From Octopus sinensis (Eukaryota), in the NCBI RefSeq assembly GCF_006345805.1, contig NC_043005.1:77996001-78060000 (forward strand): 64,000 nucleotides of DNA, in the 5' to 3' direction. Made by a program: the position numbers and the translations under genes. Position 1 is the first letter of the stretch. Each line of letters starts with the position of its first letter. Shown here in pieces: positions 25,888 through 39,479 of the stretch. The notes beneath the pieces were generated by a model that was given only the letters and a program-made list of their open reading frames with translations, ran no database searches and was not told the origin of the DNA.

Positions 25888-25932
25888 TAATCTCTGACGA
25901 GGTATTAATATATAATCTGAAACTAGTCACTG
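25888..25932 (+). ncRNA. Minimal hammerhead-like remnant
   Basis: CUGACGA 25894-900; short helix II; GAAAC-ua-GUC 25919-28 (palindromic ACUAGU); helix I not formed. Confidence 0.4.
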
Positions 25933-26399
25933 CGATGAATCTTATTGGCCACAGGGTGAGAACCCTGTAGTTTTAGCACTGTGTGTACTTTTGACAGTGA
26001 GCTTAAATGGAAATGCGAAGTTAATTCTGCATTTCAGCTTCTTCATGTCGTACAGTATTACTTCTGAATATGAATTTGAATACCTGCATTTCATATGTAT
26101 GTATTATTATAAATATATGTGTGTGTGTGCGGTTTTCTGTGTGTGTGTATGTCTATGTATATGTGTATTTATATGCCCGATGTGCATAATGCCAGTAGGT
26201 ACATATGTGTATATTAAAAGCAAATTATGTATCAGCGGTTCTTCTCGAGTCATAGTCTCATAAAGCGAGTTTCCTGATTTGTGTGTCGCATATATTTCCC
26301 TTCCTGCATGGGACACCGGTCTGTCGCAGGAATACATACATACACACATGCATACTCACGCACATACATACGTGTATATATTGATATATATATATTTAT

Positions 26400-26433
<34 letters not shown>

Positions 26434-26442
26434 TATATATAT

Positions 26443-26808
26443 ACACATAGGAGTAGCTATATGGTAAGAAACTTGCTTCCCAACCACATGGTTCCAGGGT
26501 CAGACTCACCGCGTGGTACCTTGGGCAAGTGTCATCTACTATAACCTCGGGCCGACCAAAGTTTTGTGAGTGAATTGTAGTCGAAAACTGAAAGAAGCCA
26601 TCACACACACACCACACACCAACACACCACACACATATATATATATATACACATAGGAGTAGCTATATGGTAAGAAACTTGCTTCCCAACCACATGGTTC
26701 CAGGGTCAGACTCACCGCGTGGTACCTTGGGCAAGTGTCATCTACTATAACCTCGGGCCGACCAAAGTTTTGTGAGTGGAATTGTAGTCGAAAACTGAAA
26801 GAAGCCCA

Positions 26809-26818
<10 letters not shown>
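26443..26818 (+). repeat. Tandem duplication of a family A SINE 5' half
   Basis: Two ~168-bp copies (period ~206) differing only by single-base homopolymer indels. Confidence 0.9.
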
Positions 26819-26865
<47 letters not shown>

Positions 26866-27121
26866 CATATACATACCAATATATACATAGTTAATCCAAA
26901 CATGAACAAAGAGAAAACACGACAACGCGAGAACGTGGAACAAATATAGTGTTATTGGAATTGTGATGAACCATAACGTTGGACCCTTTCATAAGAACAC
27001 TTGGAGTTATTCATTAATCTGTGTGCCAACAGAGAGCTTATGAAGTATTTTGCTTGAATTGCTAATGCCTCACTATTGACTCTAGCATATATGTATATAG
27101 GTGTATATATATATATATACA

Positions 27122-27172
<51 letters not shown>

Positions 27173-27180
<8 letters not shown>

Positions 27181-27423
27181 GAAATGAAGAAAATGCTGAC
27201 AAAATAATTTAAGTAATTTAAGTAATTTAATTAGGTGAAAGTTCTTTTTAGCGGTTGCGCATTTGTTATGCTTATCAAAAGTTTTTTCCTCTTATCTGAT
27301 AAGAGGAAAACTTTTGATAAGCATAACAAATGCGCAACCGGTAAAAAGAACTTCACCTAATTAAATTACTTAAATTACTTAAATTATTTTGTCAGCATTT
27401 TCTTCATTTCCTTTTTTATATAT
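27173..27423. repeat. ~250-bp near-perfect palindrome
   Basis: Arms meet at cttatc-t-gataag (27297); one substitution plus homopolymer-length differences; abuts (TA)n. Confidence 0.9.
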
Positions 27424-27534
27424 CACAACTCGTGTTCCACATCTCCTTTTTTAAATATATATATATATACATATAAATACGTACATACATACTTATGTAT
27501 GTATATATAGCATGCATAAATGCATGCATGTATA

Positions 27535-27571
<37 letters not shown>

Positions 27572-27577
<6 letters not shown>

Positions 27578-27882
27578 CGTGATCAACGTGACCGACCAGG
27601 CTATCAGATGTTGCTATACACCGCTGCTCACAATGCGCTTCGCATTGTTTGAGCCTTCAAATGACGCCACCCCGCTGGCTAAGCGAGCAGGCCAACAGAA
27701 GAAAGAGTGAAAGTTGTGGCGAAAGAGTACAGCAGGGATCGCCAACCGCCCTCTGCCGGAGCGTCGTGGATCTTTAGGTGTTTTCGCTCAATAAACACTC
27801 AGAACGCCCGCTCAGGGAATCGAAACTGCGATCCTACGACCGCGAGTCCGCTGCCCTAACCCCTGGGCCATTGCGCCTCCAC
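27572..27882 (-). mobile_element. SINE family H (tRNA head)
   Basis: gtggaggcgcaatggcccaggggttagg A-box-like, gtttcgattcc B-box-like; tail catctgatagcctggtcggtcacgttgatcacggtgata. Confidence 0.85.
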
Positions 27883-27904
27883 AGTGTAGCATCTGGGGCG
27901 TCTT

Positions 27905-28004
27905 CATTGATAGCTTTGGGCGACCAAAGATTCTGAGTGGATTTGGTAGACGGAAACTGAAAGAATCCCGTCAAATTATATATAATATTATATATTATAT
28001 ATAT

Positions 28005-28053
<49 letters not shown>

Positions 28054-28320
28054 GTGTGTGTGTGTTGTGTGCGTGTGTGTATGTTTGTTTGTTTTGTGTG
28101 TGTCTGTGTGTGTCTGTGTGTGTGACTTTGAGTCCGTGTTTGTCTCCATCGTCGCTGGACAATCGGTGTTGGTGTGTTTACGTTTCCATAACTTAGCAGT
28201 TCGAAAAAAAGAGTCCGATAGATAGAAGAATACAAGTACTGGGGTCGATTCTTTCGAATAAAATTCTTCAAGGTTTTGCCCCAGTATGAACACAGTCTAA
28301 CAACTGAAACAAATGAAGAT
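27905..28320 (+). mobile_element. SINE family A, 5'-truncated and diverged
   Basis: gaccaaag..gagtggatttggtagacggaaactgaaagaa through gactgaaac-type tail. Confidence 0.75.
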
Positions 28321-28856
28321 ACATATATGCGTTTGTGTACTTGTGTGTGTCTGTGTCTGTGTACGTGTATGCGAGCGTGTGTGTGTGCGTGTGTGTTTGT
28401 GTTTATGATTCTTAGTATCTACAACATTGTCTTTCGCCAGTATCACATTCACACACCACACACATACACACACACACACAAATATCGTTTTAAGCTACTA
28501 CTTCGATTCCATTGTACAAATCGATATTTCACTTAATTTCTGTTGTCATCTTCTCTTCGTTTTCAATATAACCTAGTTATCTAAAACACACATTTCTCAT
28601 ACAACTATACAGTAAGCCAAAGTTTAGTACAATTTCAAACGAGACATTTAATAAAACTGAAACAATATTGAACAAAAAGTTACTGCTGCGTTTATAAATA
28701 TTTCATATTAAAGTAAAAACAGACAGAAGATATATTTTAATTAAGTAAGTATCTGGGCTGTTGATTTGTGAATGCTTAACGTATATCGTTTTCTTTGTTT
28801 CGTTGATTGGACTGCGGCCAAGATCGAGTACCTCTATCAATGGTTTAGTCGAATAA

Positions 28857-29273
28857 GGTGGCGAGCTGGCAGAGACGTTAGGATGCCTGGCGAAATGCGT
28901 AGCCGTATTTCCTCAGCCGTTACGTTCTGAGTTCAAATTCTGCCGAGGTCGACTTTGCCTTTCATCCTTTCGGGGTCGATAAATTAAGTACCAGTTACGC
29001 ACTGGGGTCGATGTAATCGACTTAATCCGTTTGTCTGCCCTTGTTCGTCCTCTCTGTGTTTAGCCCCTTGTGGGTAGTAAAGAAATAGGTATTTCCTCTG
29101 CCGTTACGTTCTGAGTTCAAATTCCGCCGTGGTCGACTTTGCCTTTCATCCTTTCGGGGTCGATAAATTAAGTACCAGTTACGCACTGGGGTTGATGTAA
29201 TCGACTTAATCCGTTTGTCTGTCCTTGTTTGTCTCCTCTGTGTTTAGCCCCTTGTGTGGGCAATAAAGAAATA
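28857..29273 (+). mobile_element. SINE family B dimer with 15-bp TSD, inserted in a family A SINE
   Basis: TSD ggtttagtcgaataa at 28842-56 and 29274-88. Confidence 0.9.
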
Positions 29274-30337
29274 GGTTTAGTCGAATAAATCAGCCTCAGA
29301 ACTAACGTTTTGCTTTTTAAGCCTGATAATTATTCTACGAGTTTGTTTTTTGTCGAACCGTTCGGTTATGAGGATGTAAACAAACCAACACTGGTTGTCA
29401 AGTGGCGGTGGTGCGTGTAAACACAATACAAATACACACGCGCACACACGTATATATACATATATGTATAAATATTGTGTATGTGAGTGTGTGTGTGTGT
29501 GCGTATATATATAGCTGGTGTCCCAGTATGGTCTCAATTTAATGATTGAAACAAGTAAAAAATGAAAGATATATATATACACATTATACACACACACATA
29601 TATATATATATACATATATGTTTATATAGTGAGTGAGAGAGAGAAAGAGAGAGATGTGCATTAATGTATGTATATGAGTGTGTGTGTGTATATATATAAT
29701 ATAGATAGATACATTCATCCATCTATCCATTCATCCAGCCAGCCAGCCATAGATACATGCATACATACATACATACGTAAATAGAAAGATTGGTAGATAG
29801 AATGATAGCCGGATAAATATTCTTCACACGAGACGTAAACAATTTCACAGAAATATTTTAAAATTATTCTCCTTCCGAACCTGCAAAAAAAAAAAAAAAA
29901 CCCTTATCTCAGTATTTCATTAGTAATGTAAATACACGTGATGTCACGTCAAGAAGCCTTTTGTTGCAAAGATATTTTTGCCTTCAATCCATTTTCATAA
30001 GTATGACAAACTCAAGTAAAAATATAAATATTTGGCAAATATTGGCGAAAAGTATTTTTAAGAATCAAAACGACGTATTAAAGCAATACTTTGAAGTGAA
30101 GTATATATTTTTTTCCTTTTAAGTAAATAATATATTTCTAAATATGGAGTTAATGTTTATTTGTAAGGAAGACATGAAAAGAAAAAAAAATTGCAATCCT
30201 CTAACCATAAATGAGTTTCGAGGTTTGATGTACGTTTATATTTCTGCATGGTGATTTTTTTTCTGCCAATTAAACACACGCACAATATGTTCGTTCTTCA
30301 TTTCAGATTTACTTTATTTCTGTTCTTATTTTATGTC

Positions 30338-30390
30338 TAAAGCCTGGACATATTTCATCACACATCTTGTGAGCTCTTCAGCGACTCTCT
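30338..30390 (-). ncRNA. Minimal type I hammerhead-like motif
   Basis: CUGAAGA 30381-75; helix II tcaca/tgtga; GAAAU-au-GUC; helix I ~7 bp with one bulge and G-U pairs. Confidence 0.5.
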
Positions 30391-31762
30391 ATACGCGTGT
30401 CTCCAGTCCAATAATAAAATATTGCGTGTGTTTACTTGGCAAAGAAAACTATCATCCCGAATTATATAAATATCTGTTTCAATGCACGATTTCACGTCAG
30501 GTATCTTGGAAAACAAATACATAAATATATAGCTTTCTATAGAAAGACAGAATGGAATAAAGAGGACAGTAGGAGACACGTGGGATGGAAAGTCACTGAG
30601 GAGGCCACATGATGTGTGAAGAAAGCTGTCCAAAGTATGGACATAAAATATTTATTTGGCAAGAAAATAATGACCATCCCGAAATATAACAATATATATA
30701 TATGCGTGTGTGTGTGTGTGTGTGTGTATGTGTTTGTGTGTGTGTGTATATGTGGGTGTGTGTGTGCGTGCTTGTGTGTGGGTGTATGTGTGTATGTTAG
30801 TATGTGTGTGTTAGAGTGTATGTGTGAAACAGTTTGGCTCAGCTCTACATCGTTTCAAGTTTCGTGCGTGCGTAAGGCGTGTCAAAATCTTTAGATATTG
30901 GGACTAAAGTGAGTATTTTCAGAGAAATTCAAAATGTCCTTTTTAAGTATTTAGGCCACTATTGGTCAGCTGAGATTATGTGGAACTAATGCGACACAAG
31001 CTACTTTCTTTTCTTTTAGGAGTAATTGGACAGCTATTGGGAGAGTACTGACGTCACTTTGACCGGAGGCTGCAGCATAGTGTCTTCGGTGACTATACCA
31101 TAACATACATATAAAGACCATAAGATTAAGAATTATTCGTTTAACCCATTTGCTTGTTTCAGTCTGTTACTTATTGTTACTGTTTCTGTTGCAGGGGCCC
31201 TAAGTTACGAGGATGTAAACAAATCAATACTTGAAGTCAAGCATAAGTGGGAATAACAAATAAAATCACAAATGCACATATGCTGCGTGGTAAGAAGCTT
31301 GCTTCCCAACCACATGGTTCTGGGTTTAGTCCCACTGCATTAGACCTTTCAGAAAGTGCTTTCTGTTATAGCCTCGGGTCGACCAAAGCTTTGTGAGTGG
31401 ATTTGGTAAGCGGCAACTGAGAGAAGCCTGTCATATGTATATACGACTGTATATATGTATATACGAGTGTATATATCAAGAGTGTTGTGGCGAAGTTTCA
31501 TTCGATCGATATTCAATAATTGGTCTGATTATTGTTTACCATTTTTATGTTTGTGAATAGCTTCCAACTCTTCTTCATAGTCCACATTCTTCCAAATAAT
31601 AGTAATTACAAACTTTATGAAGCTATTTCTGAAACCCTCAGCTTATAATAAAAGCTAATATACCACATTCCGTATTCAGAGACCATCATTTCCACTACTT
31701 GTTCGTTATTCTATTCATGTACATGCACACACACACCACACACACGCACACGCACACACACA

Positions 31763-31802
<40 letters not shown>

Positions 31803-31960
31803 ACACTTGTATAAATATATGTAAGTACACACATAAATGCTTACACGCATGCATATGCATATATACGTACAAAATATAAACAGATGTGTATAAACATATA
31901 CATACACATATAAACATACATAGATACAGATACATAGATACATACCTACGTAGAAATATA

Positions 31961-32003
<43 letters not shown>

Positions 32004-33523
32004 ATATATATATATTATATGTATGTATGTACTTACACGGATACACTCATCCACAAACACGCACACACGAATGTGTGTATATGTGTACATATATATATAC
32101 ACATATACATTTGTTGAAATCAAATGTAACAATTTAAGTCCCTTAAGGATAATTCTCGAAAAAATATGTAAGATAGTACGCGTGAAGTAATAAAGAAAAA
32201 AGATGAAAGCGGCTTAAAAAATATTATAAGTAGTGTAAAGAATATAAAATGAAAAAATAAAATGTAAAGTGGAGGTGTATTTAGTTGAAAGTCTTCGTAT
32301 TAAAGTACGACGACGAAAGTTGAATATTGTATCTGTGGGGAAAAATAAGATAACCCAGTATAGGGAAAGGAAAACCTAAAAGGAAGGAAAACGTACGAGG
32401 TTAAATAGTAGTGTGTAAAAAATAAATGTGTTAAGAACTAAAGTACGTAAATATCGCTGGAAATAACGAAAAAACTATTTACAGTTCATGAAAAAATTTT
32501 TTTAAAAAGTTTAAAAGAAATGTAAACATAAATTGAGATAAATTCTGATACTAACTATACTGCCTTCCAATTTGAAGATATAAATCTAAAATTAAGAATT
32601 AGATTATATAAAACGGAAAAATTACGGAGAAAGTAAAAAAGTATTGAAAAGCTTCAAGTTAATGAGGTAACTAGTGTTAAAATGACAGGAGTTGGGAGTA
32701 TGCTTGTAGGTAATAGAGCGTTAGGTTTTGAAGTACTTGGTATAAACAGCATGTATTTGAAGATCAGTCGATTTAAGTATCATTAGCGGTTCACTTCAAT
32801 GATATGAAATAGAGTAGACGTAATATAGAAGGATAAAAGACTGTAAGATATCTGTGGCTACAAAGAGGTATCAGATGATAGTAATTGGTGATCTACACAA
32901 ATAGAAATAGTTAATACGACAAAAGAATACTAAATTATTAAGTAAGGAGACTAAGATTATATTATTGACAACAAATCTTAATCAAGAGGAATAGTGATAA
33001 ATGAAAAGATATAGAAATTAATGAGTTTAGATATTCAGAAAGAATTCAAAATGATGAAAGTAACAATCAGTGATCAAATTTCCGATAATGATAGACTATA
33101 GAATAGAAATGTTGGTAGGTTTTAAAGATTTTATGGTTACCAAAAATTAATGCTTCAAGATCTCTCTTAATTAGGGAGTTCTAAAACGAAAATAATTTCA
33201 AATACTTACATCGTACAAAGGATGTAAGGTATGCGATTGCTCAACTAATGATTAGCTTTTGCAGTGAATACACGATTAATGTTAAAAGTTTTAATATTCC
33301 ATTTTTAGATTCCATATTTGTGTGCTTAAAGATATGTAATCTAACATCTAGAAGAGTATATGAGAGTGTACATTTGTCGATCATGCAGAATTTTAAAGCG
33401 ATAGGCTTTTTATGAATTTGAGAGTTTGTATATAACATTTGTATTTTGTACCATCAGTTAAGTAGTTGGAATTCAAAAGGCCCGGCAACAGATTAAGTAA
33501 CAATTGCAATGTTATTTTGCTAC

Positions 33524-33565
<42 letters not shown>

Positions 33566-34093
33566 TTATTATATATATATATTACATATATGTATATAAA
33601 TATATATATATATATTTATATATATACATATGTAGTTATATACGTATGTGTGTATCTCTCTCCCTCTCCCCCTCCTCTCTCTCTCTGTATATATATATAT
33701 ATATATATTTATTATATATATACATAGTATTACATTAGTTCCATTAGGCTAAAAAATGCATAAGTTTTGGTGAAATGGGGTCTAGTGAAATACGAGATGT
33801 TTATAATGCTCTCATACTCTCAATGAAACATTCATCAGTCTAGCTAATTACCTACCTATATACATACACACATGTATATATATATATATATATACATATA
33901 TACATACATACATTATATATATATATATATATGTATATATATAATACACAAACACACACACACATATATATAACTACATATATATATATAAATAAAAAAT
34001 ATATATAAATATACAGACGTATATGTATATATATATGTATATAAATATCAATTATATATATAAATATACATATATATATGTATGTAAGTATAT

Positions 34094-34176
<83 letters not shown>

Positions 34177-35159
34177 TACATATAATATATATACATGCAC
34201 ACCACACCACACACACCTATATATATATGCGGAACGCATTCTTGATTGATTGTTGACCAATATAAATGACATTTTCTATTAGATCTTAAGTAAGTTCCAC
34301 ATATGACATTCGTGAAGGGAAACGATTGAATGATATAGAAAAAGCATTATTTACGAAACTCTCGACATGAAGTGAACCGAAATTTGATGTCCCCGACTGT
34401 CAATCTTTTCCTTGTAAAAATGAATGCACACGGTAGTCGACTGAACAGTGTTGAGTAATCCTACAATTTACTGTTCAAGCGTGGTTCGCATAAAAACATG
34501 CATTAATACATACATGCACACACACACACACACACGCACACACACACACACATACACACACACGTAGTGCTATTTTTGTTGTGGCCGTTAAGTGCATGAG
34601 TCATGACAGATAACTTGCACTCTCTGATGTCACCTGGTTTCTTTTATGGTTGGTTTCTTTCTTGTTCCTGTCATCAGGCTGCGGTCATGCTGAAGCACCA
34701 TCTTTAAGTGCTGGTAGTGGTGAATAATCACGTGCACAAAGACACACACCCACACACCCATCCACACACACACACACACACACACAACACACACACATTT
34801 ATAAATTGAGGATATAAAAAATTGATACACACACACACACACACACATACACACACACACATATTTATAAATTGAGGATATAAAAAAATGATTATATCAG
34901 TGGCTAGCGTAGAAAAAGTGACACTATCGGTAAAATTAATTTTAAGCATATAATTATGAAAATATGAATATAATTAAGGGCACTGGAATGCCAGCACCTA
35001 TAAGCTAGAAGTAGATGTCAAATATTTACGATTCCTATAAAAAGAGAACAAATTTAGAATGCATTGTAGGTATTTGATATCTACTTCTAGCGACCTTAAT
35101 TATAATTATATTTTTATAATTATATACTTAAAAAATTATATACATTCGGACAGATACAA

Positions 35160-35610
35160 AGCCGGACAGGAGAAGCAACAATTAGGACAGGGGAGAAAAA
35201 GGACAGGTCATTCCCGGCCTTCTTTCTTCGGTCAATATACCAGATGTCCTTATAGTTCAGGGAGTCTCACTTGAGACAGTTCGATATGGTTGCCCGCCAA
35301 AAAGTCTAAGCTAAGAGCATTAGGTCTCTTGTAAGAAAGCTAGCAAATGTATTCGGCAACAAAGACAAAAAACGGAGAACATGTTACACAATTACAAATA
35401 CAAACACCAAGAATATAACAAACAGGTGTCTTTCGACTGAGAACGAATACAATTGAGCTGGCGTGTATGAAGAAAAAGCCTAAAAGCAGGAACATAGAAG
35501 ATGGACATAAATGGTGTTGGCGGTCGGCAGTCTGGCCAAGATAGAAAGATCATGGTTGGCCGGACACCGGTCACGTGGGAAGAGGAGAGATGGGTGGGCT
35601 CCTTTTGGAT
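35160..35610 (-). mobile_element. Probable LINE 3'UTR fragment (L1/Tx1-like, unassigned)
   Basis: Complex GC-richer non-coding block with pyrimidine-rich end; assignment from resemblance only. Confidence 0.3.
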
Positions 35611-36219
35611 TCTGTCATAAGGCTTTGGTCGGTCTGAGGCTATAGTAGAAGATAATCTCCCAAGGTGCCACGCAGTGGGACTGAACCCGGAACCATGCGG
35701 TTGGTAAGCATGCTACTTACCACATAGCCATTCCTGGTGTATATTATGTGTATGTATGTGTGCATGTGTGTGTGTATGCATATGTATACATACATACATA
35801 TATGCGTTATTCGTATACACACGTCTGTGTGTATATGTGCGTATATCTGTTGTCGGAGCGCGTATGTTTTTGTTTGTTTTGTTTCGAGTGTGAGTATCTA
35901 TATAAAATTCGCCATTAGATATCACAACCTCAAGCCTGTCATAACAAATCAACTCTGATATGAAATCAATTTTTCATTTCCAATAGAACAACTTCAACAT
36001 CGCCCGGCAATTGACAATAGTAGTTTGTTGACAAGACAATGAATGCGATATATTGCTTTGTCTCGTTTTTTTTTTTTTTTGGTCCATTCCTCGAATTCAT
36101 CAAAATCAGCCAAAGCATCTCTATCATTGCATCACGACGATATTTTTCTTTTTACTTTCTCGTTTTCTCACGATATTTATTAATGAATATATAGCTGGAA
36201 ATTCAATAGAAAGATCATG

Positions 36220-36270
<51 letters not shown>

Positions 36271-36849
36271 TTGTGGAACGCAACGTAGACTGTATTACAT
36301 TGCTGTATTGTCGTTCAGTGTTCATTTTGTGTTTTGTTTCACTGTAGTCTGTCAAGATATATTTATTAAGAAACGATAAAATAGAAGAAGCCAAATCAAT
36401 ATTACTTAGCAGATTATAAATTTATAAATGTTATCATATCTGCTCAGATGGAAGTGGCAAAGCTCTCACTGGAAGCTAGGAATAAAACTACGTACATACA
36501 TACGTAAATACATACACACATGCATACATACATACATACATACATACATACATACATAAATACATACATACATACATACACACATACACACATGCATACA
36601 TCCATACATACATAAATACATACATACATATATAAATACATACATACATGCATAAATACATACATACATACATACATATATACACCGTCAACATCGGACG
36701 TGCTGGTGTAGAGGATCGTTTAAAATGTCCGTTTTGAACGTCTTCCTCTAAAGATTTGCTGACTTCTCCAGCCTAAATCGGTAACTGGCTTGTTTCTCGA
36801 ATAATTAATAAGAGAAACACCTTTTACCCACCCACGTAGCGTTATCCTG

Positions 36850-38305
36850 AACAGATTTTAAAATATATATCTACAACACGTAGAAACTTGCCAACACGAT
36901 TATGGCTAAAACTATCGCCACCACAAATGAAACTAACTACGTCACCACCGATGGAAACAGAATTTCTTCATCAGTAAGTTATTTAAGAAGACGTAAATAC
37001 TCTTCTCATTTTACTTCAACTCAACAACTAAACCAAGATTTACTTTGAGGCTTTAAAAAAGCTCGAGGTGACTCTTCAATCAGATAGATGTAGTGGTTAA
37101 AACAATACTGAGACGAAGCTCATCCCGACTTAAATACCTTCACAGCGAAATACACCTCCGACAACAAGCATCTTTTGTAAATAACAAGTCAACTGATCCT
37201 CGATCCTCCTAAAACACTGAGAATGGGCCAAAATCTGTCAGAAGCGGCGTAAAAAAAAATAATGTAAACGCCATCGCTAAATATGTGTGAGCCTCCAAAC
37301 GTAGCTGACTCAGTAGCGACGACTGCGGAATACATCCACCTCAAAAATATTTTAAAATTACAATTCGCAAAAAATTTTGCTACTTTCTCGAAGCTTTCGT
37401 TGAGCAACAGACAATTCCCAACAAGAGCGAGGAAAAATCCGACCGATCTAATGTTTAAAGTTATCAACGATGTCGCTGGAGAGCACATGGAAGTTAATTA
37501 CAGGAATATAACTACTCTTATATACACATTCGCTATTACACTTAAAGAAAACCTAGGAGAAATCTACAGCGAAAAAAGTAAGGAAATCGCTAAACAGAAA
37601 CTATCTAGATGGAAAACAACACTTGAAGAAAACATCAACAACATGTCCCGCCACATTGGATGGTTAACTACAACAATAAAATGTAAGCTCTACACTCGAC
37701 AAAAATTGACTAAACCTTATGGCAACTCTTCACACCGATCTTTTGAGGGAAAGCTAATCACTTTAAAACGAACTGAGGACGATAAGCGAGAAACTCCGCT
37801 ATCGCATGCGAATTTTTGAACGATCCAGTATCGATCACAAGTTTGCTTCCAACCCATAAGCATTATACAGAGAGATGAGGAAGGAAAATATTACCATTAA
37901 GATAGCTCCCTCCCAAGAAAATCTACTATTATTCTGGTCGAAAATTCCGAACGAAAAGACGAATTTTAACCTGAATGCATCATGGTTAAATACAGCTGAG
38001 AGAGAACACTGTACCAACACTAACAGTAAAACATACGGAATTGATGCAGAAGACTTCGCTATAGTAATTGGCAAACTGCATAATGGGAAAGTACCTGGAA
38101 AGGACCTAATAGTTGGATATTGGTACAGGAAGCTGACAGTTTATTGAAACCAGTTGATATATATGTCCACAAGGACTATGGAAGGTCAGACTGATATACC
38201 AAACTGGCTTGCTACAGCAAGGACAAATCTTGTTGCCAAAAAGGAAATCATCGAGATGGCAGGCCCATTGCTTGCCTAAACATTATGTACAAACTGTACA
38301 CACAC
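36850..38305 (+). pseudogene. R4/Dong-like LINE, N-terminal ORF to start of RT
   Basis: ORFs 37283-37819 and 37875-38147; KLHNGKVPGKDLIVGYWYRKL; IPNWLATARTNLVAK..RPIACLNIMYKLYT across frameshifts. Confidence 0.75.
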
Positions 38306-38343
38306 ACCACACACCACACACACACACCACCACACACATATAT

Positions 38344-38392
<49 letters not shown>

Positions 38393-38399
<7 letters not shown>

Positions 38400-39250
38400 C
38401 AACAATTGAGGGTAAAATTAATTAATTATTAATCAATTTCACCAAGTATTCAGTATGTAAAGGGACCATTTAAGGCGAATTCAATTATTACATTATATAA
38501 AAGGCTTAGTAAAATAAATTACTTTGCCACATACTGAACTCATTAGAAATAGTAGCTAAAAAACTTTTTTAAAACTATTTCTAATACTTAAAGAAAATCT
38601 CTCTCATATAGTGTTTGCTCAATTCAACTCACGAAAGTATGGGGGTAAAGACATTAAAAAATCAAATGCAAAGGTTATTTGAGAACGTACGTTTCTAGAT
38701 TAGTCAACTCGACATTTCTTACTTCAGCTCAGAACTCCTTGGTTTGGATTTGAAATTATAATTATAATACTTGGTGAAATTGATTAATAATTAATTAATT
38801 TTACCCTCAATTGTTGAAATTATAATTCATCTCTCTCTATTTAATGCTTCGGATTTTACCGAAAAAGCATAGTGTTTACTGATTTTTAAACCACGCTGGT
38901 GGAAAAGGGAGAGCAGAAATTCTTCGCTTGCATATTTTGAGTTTGCTGGCACTGATAGTTCGAGCAGATCTTCAGAAGCGATAAGAAGCCGAAAGGGTAT
39001 GCTCCACTTTCAGTGTTTTCAAATCCAAACCAAGGAGTTCTGAGCTGAAGTAAGAAATGTGGAGTTGACTAATCTAGAAACGTACGTTCTCAAATAACCT
39101 TGCATTGATTTTTAGTGTCTTTACCCCCATACTTTCGTGAGTTGAATTGAGCAAACACTATATGAGAGAGATTTTCTTTAAGTATTAGAAATAGTTTTAA
39201 AAAAGTTTTTTTAGCTACTATTTCTAATGAGTTCAGTATGTGGCAAAGTT
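38393..39250. mobile_element. Inverted plus direct copies of the ~550-nt hammerhead unit
   Basis: 38393-38457 inverted against ~38768-38830, and 38520-38757 inverted against 39015-39250; motif tgag-CUGAAGU..GAAAC-gtac-GUU-ctca (39041-39092); (TA)n both sides. Confidence 0.8.
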
Positions 39251-39281
39251 TATATATATATATATATTATTATATATTATA

Positions 39282-39314
<33 letters not shown>

Positions 39315-39479
39315 ATTGTTAGAATAACCGTCTAAGCGATTAGAATATCCGTTCTACTATATCGGTATAAATTCCTTATGTTAACCCCGAGCATATATAT
39401 GCAAGCATAGTATGCTCATAGGATACAGGCTATAACAAAGATAAGCAAGTGTTTATCAAGAATAACGTTTAAATTAAGC

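Noticed and set aside
25877-25955. Possible 79-nt exon (ttggcag|...agg|gtgaga)
   Set aside because: Overlaps a hammerhead-like relic; no recognisable peptide; splice signals could be chance.
32150-33450. Purine-skewed AT-rich block, possibly an ancient LINE
   Set aside because: No motif could be recovered with confidence.
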